Assembly (NCBI GenBank): GCA_040326155.1
Contig: JBEQLE010000023.1
Coordinates: 1 to 48,598 of the forward strand
Length of the DNA stretch: 48,598 bases
Direction: 5' to 3'
DNA from: Leptospirales bacterium
GTDB lineage: Bacteria; Spirochaetota; Leptospiria; Turneriellales; JAOUFE01
In this document: in pieces, positions 48,446 to 48,598 of the stretch
Position numbering within the stretch: position 1 is the first letter of the stretch
How the letters are laid out: each line of letters starts with the position of its first letter
Notes under the pieces: model-generated
The model's input: only the letters and a program-made list of their open reading frames with translations
What the model was told of the DNA's origin: nothing
Database searches by the model: none
Translations under genes and position numbers: made by a program

Positions 48446-48598
48446 TAAAAAAACGATAGGCACTAATAAAATAAAAAAAACATTCTTAAAAAAGGCTAGT
48501 AACATAAGTCAAAAGAAAATTAAATTTAATCAAACTACTTCAAAGAATAAAGATAGTCGAGAATACACTTATTATATAGTTACAGATGGAACACAAAG
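48438..48598 (+). CDS. Hypothetical Lys-rich ORF start, truncated by window end
   Basis: GAGG SD and an ATG overlapping the previous stop by 8 nt. The frame is open to the edge: MSDKKTIGTNKIKKTFLKK...YYIVTDGTQ. Confidence 0.55.
   Translation, partial: MSDKKTIGTNKIKKTFLKKASNISQKKIKFNQTTSKNKDSREYTYYIVTDGTQ

Overview
Low-GC bacterial window; the taxon cannot be assigned from the sequence alone. It has five parts. (1) 1-870: left end of an IS3-family element plus small ORFs and remnants. (2) 1114-21853: a dense signalling block with five histidine/hybrid kinases, a stand-alone receiver, a REC-HD-GYP phosphodiesterase, a REC-adenylate cyclase and a CHAT-TPR / CHASE2-cyclase / FecR-like operon. 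(3) ~21900-31300: a defence-type island with a type IIG R-M fusion, an RloA/RloB-like pair, yhcG and hsdM stubs and a frameshifted ankyrin gene. It is punctuated and bounded by a non-coding ~107-bp repeat whose hairpin shows compensatory base changes. (4) 31568-34450: an acyltransferase, a HAMP protein plus TauE/SafE exporter, and a GC-rich hairpin cluster. (5) 34742-end: an unassigned co-directional operon, the best candidate for an undescribed system. It encodes a tandem-HhH protein carrying a beta-module, a 1141-aa toxin-like protein (REase-fold motif plus glycine-zipper helices), a 2663-aa beta-repeat giant with a ~520-aa internal duplication, a stand-alone paralogue of the toxin's N-terminal domain and a truncated ORF. 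All family calls are by-eye motif recognition; no searches were run.
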